A stretch of DNA of 63,925 nt, counting the filler, from Craspedostauros australis (Eukaryota): the NCBI GenBank assembly GCA_030167865.1. It is 10 parts of 10 records of this genome, joined end to end, with 100 filler letters (N's around TTAATTAATTAA, not from the genome) between each part and the next. Parts side by side here need not be neighbours in the genome. Positions count along the whole stretch, not along the records: positions 61,267 to 62,733 come from JALAGF010005400.1; positions 62,834 to 63,925 come from JALAGF010005527.1; 8 more parts are not named here. One strand, 5' to 3'. The notes beneath the pieces are model-generated. The model did not search any database. It worked only from the letters and a program-made list of their open reading frames with translations, and had not been told where the DNA came from. Positions 61,267-63,925 of the stretch are shown here, piece after piece. Numbering within the stretch: position 1 is the stretch's first letter; every line of letters begins with the position of its first letter. Made by a program: the position numbers and the translations under genes.

Positions 61267-62733
61267 GAGTCGGATTCATATCCTGGTGGGTTGTTGTATG
61301 GGACCAAACCCCGTAGCATTCTTGACATCTTTGCCACAGGTCTCGCTGGGGGTTGCTCGATCTCTCTGCCTTCCGCGGCTTGTCTTCGAGTCACTCGTGT
61401 GTCGTCCCTTCCGGATTCATCGTCGTGTTCATCGTCCGATGGATCGTCTCCTTGGGCAGGTAGCAGTTCATCTTGCTTCGATGCATAGCCTGCTGTATCT
61501 TCGTAGTTGGTTCCGGGCTCTCTGCTTCGATCAGATGATACGGTCTTCGCTTCTCTTGCGATACTCGTGTCATGCTCCCAAGTAACCTTCGTATTGCGGA
61601 GTGCTGCTCCGGCATCGAAGTCGTCGTCTTCCAGATCCACCATTTGTGTTCTGTTGGCATTCTCAACNCCTTTGAATTGCCCGTACGACTGNTTCATCCA
61701 TGTCACGTCTCTGGTGATTAGGATTCTCGTGGTTGCCAGATTCATCATGCGGTATACGCCATTCGCATGAGACTGTCCGTACCCGACGAACATGGCTGGC
61801 TTGGACCTGTCATCCAGTTTCGCTTTGATTGCGCGACTGCCGATGTAGACCATTCCGATCTCCCCGAAGATACGCAATCCTTTCGCATAGGTTGGGGTCT
61901 GTCCATTGAGTAGCAGGCACGCTGGATCTCTCGACTTAGTCTCGATGATGTTCTCGATCTGCGTTGCGTTCCTTGCTGCCTCTGCCCATAGTTTGCCGCG
62001 CAGTTGTNNNNNNNNNNNNNNNNNNNNNNNNNNNNNNNNNNNNNNNNNNNNNNNNNNNNNGCGCAGTTGTCTCGGTAGGTGCGCCTGGTTCAGCATTGAC
62101 CTGACCTTTCCATAGAGAACCGCGAATTTCCGTTCCACTCTTCCATTCTGTTGAGGAGTTGATGCGGCAGTGTACTCGAAGGTTGGGGCGAAGCCTGCTC
62201 TTAGTAATAGCGCCTCTGCGCTGTAGTTCTCTCCGGCATTGTCACATCTGACATTCTTCACTGTCACTTGTTGATTGCCTGATAGCCACTTCAACAANNN
62301 NNNNNNNNNNNNNNNNNNNNNNNNNNNNNNNNNNNNNNNNNNNNNNNNNNNNNNNNNNNNNNNNNNNNNNNNNNNNNNNNNNNNNNNNNNNNNNNNNNNN
62401 NNNNNNNNNNNNNNNNNNNNNNNNNNNNNNNNNNNNNNNNNNNNNNNNNNNNNNNNNNNNNNNNNNNNNNNNNNNNNNNNNNNNNNNNNNNNNNNNNNNN
62501 NNNNNNNNNNNNNNNNNNNNNNNNNNNNNNNNNNNNNNNNNNNNNNNNNNNNNNATTGTCTCGCCGTCCTGGAGATCGTGTAAGAGTCAACGTGGCCTAG
62601 CATTTTATGGAGCTTATTCACATCCATGGGCTTCTTTGTGTCGAGCCCAATGTTCGCCATCTCTTCGCTCTTGGGGGCAGGTACCATGTTCACACCGAGC
62701 ACGAATCCGCTGTGAGTTGCCATGATCCGATCG
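61267..62733 (-). mobile_element. Copia integrase fragment, family C
   Basis: LHKMLGH, RCDNAGEN, TPQQNGRVER, LWAEAA. MNLATTRILITRDVTW matches the remnant at ~46140-46460. Confidence 0.9.
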
Positions 62734-62999
62734 NNNNNNNNNNNNNNNNNNNNNNNNNNNNNNNNNNNNNNNNNNNNTTAATTAATTAANNNNNNNNNNN
62801 NNNNNNNNNNNNNNNNNNNNNNNNNNNNNNNNNTCAGGGGTAAATGGCTCATGCCTTGTGCTCATAATCAATCAGTTTCCCTTCGATTCCATGCCTTTCC
62901 CCGCAAGTAGAGTTTGGCACCAAGTGCTCCAGCTTTTTGATAACGTTTCCCTTGATTGTGCCGTGTCCCAAGGTTTCATATCCCTAATGAGAAATTTGC

Positions 63000-63031
63000 T
63001 GACAAATTTGGCACATGTGCCAAATTTGTCA
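63000..63031. other. Perfect 32-bp palindrome; related imperfect copy at 63603-63643
   Basis: TGACAAATTTGGCACA|TGTGCCAAATTTGTCA. Confidence 0.9.
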
Positions 63032-63925
63032 CTGCTTTTGGGTTCGCATCAACAGCACTATTTGGCCTCCACGTGTAGGTGGTGAGATCGCATGCCAGAC
63101 CAACATGGTCCTCCAGTGTGGTGGCTTCTCTCATTGTTTAACTGGAACCTTCTGGCGCAGGCAATTTCCGCTGCAAACAAGGCCACATAAGGAATTCAGA
63201 ACCCTAAGGACATACCTCATAAATGAATTATTTATCAACAAGCCGGAACGCTTCGTGCATAGACACTGTTGAAAGACAATGATTGGATGACAATCGCAGA
63301 CNNNNNNNNNNNNNNNNNNNNNNNNNNNNNNNNNNNNNNNNNNNNNNNNNNCATAGACACTGTTGAAAGACAATGATTGGATGACAATCGCAGACTTCGC
63401 TTGGAAATAGCACTGAAACAAGTTCTGCGAAGCATTGAATAGTCTCACCGCTGTCGGAAACCAACAGAAGCACAAACGCCAATCCTGGAGAAACAACAAT
63501 CCAGAGTTTTGAGGACACAAAAGCGCCTCTCCGCGATAACGCTGTGTGGAAGTCGAAAAAACATTATCAGTACCACCTCAGCTGGCCGATGCGAACACAC
63601 AGGATGTGACAAATGTGGCACATCGATCCAAATTTGTCACATCAATGTGAAGAGTTAGGATTCGGGCGTAGACGTCGCGAATCGGTGGAGAATGCCTCGT
63701 GAATCTGCCGGCTTCGGGATAGCCGTGTGATGCAGTTCAAGAGAGGTGTATTGATTGAAGAGTTGTAACTGTAACGATGAGTAGTAGAGTGCTTTGTAGC
63801 TAATTCTTGTCTGTTATTATGAGTTAGCTTATTGGTGTTTATAGGGTGAAGAAACGATGCCACACAACTTGGCGAGACCCTGCACTGATGCACTTGATTC
63901 AGTGCAACAGAGTAGACAATCATTA

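Noticed and set aside
7363..62789. Recurrent TTAATTAATTAA motif and apparent gene neighbourhoods across it
   Set aside because: It is an artificial concatenation linker, so synteny across linkers has no meaning.

Overview
This is eukaryotic DNA, almost certainly from a diatom: it contains a silicon transporter (SIT), CoDi-type Ty1/copia elements, a GT-AG intron and a bipartite plastid-targeting presequence. The window is not contiguous. About 10 small scaffolds are joined by nine artificial N-TTAATTAATTAA-N six-frame-stop linkers, and many internal gaps have duplicated flanks. Genes: BRF1, an EAF-like protein, RIO1 (one intron), an FAD oxidoreductase, an FkbM methyltransferase, an EamA transporter, DRG1 (partial), SIT, a DUF2358-like plastid protein, an SRR1-like pseudogene and three ankyrin-repeat genes (one ankyrin-BTB). 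Much of the rest is nested transposon sequence: two copia LTR families, a LINE 3' end, four non-autonomous elements with terminal inverted repeats (TIRs) and readable target-site duplications (TSDs), and a satellite scaffold. The most interesting items are: (1) a DARPin-like ankyrin(-BTB) family with homogenised frameworks and hypervariable binding positions; (2) Harbinger-like elements that share TIRs but carry different subterminal arrays; (3) a shattered copia with identical LTRs; (4) a SIT whose first EGXQ motif reads KGGQ; (5) paired palindromes near the right end. All family calls come from motif recognition by eye; no searches were run.
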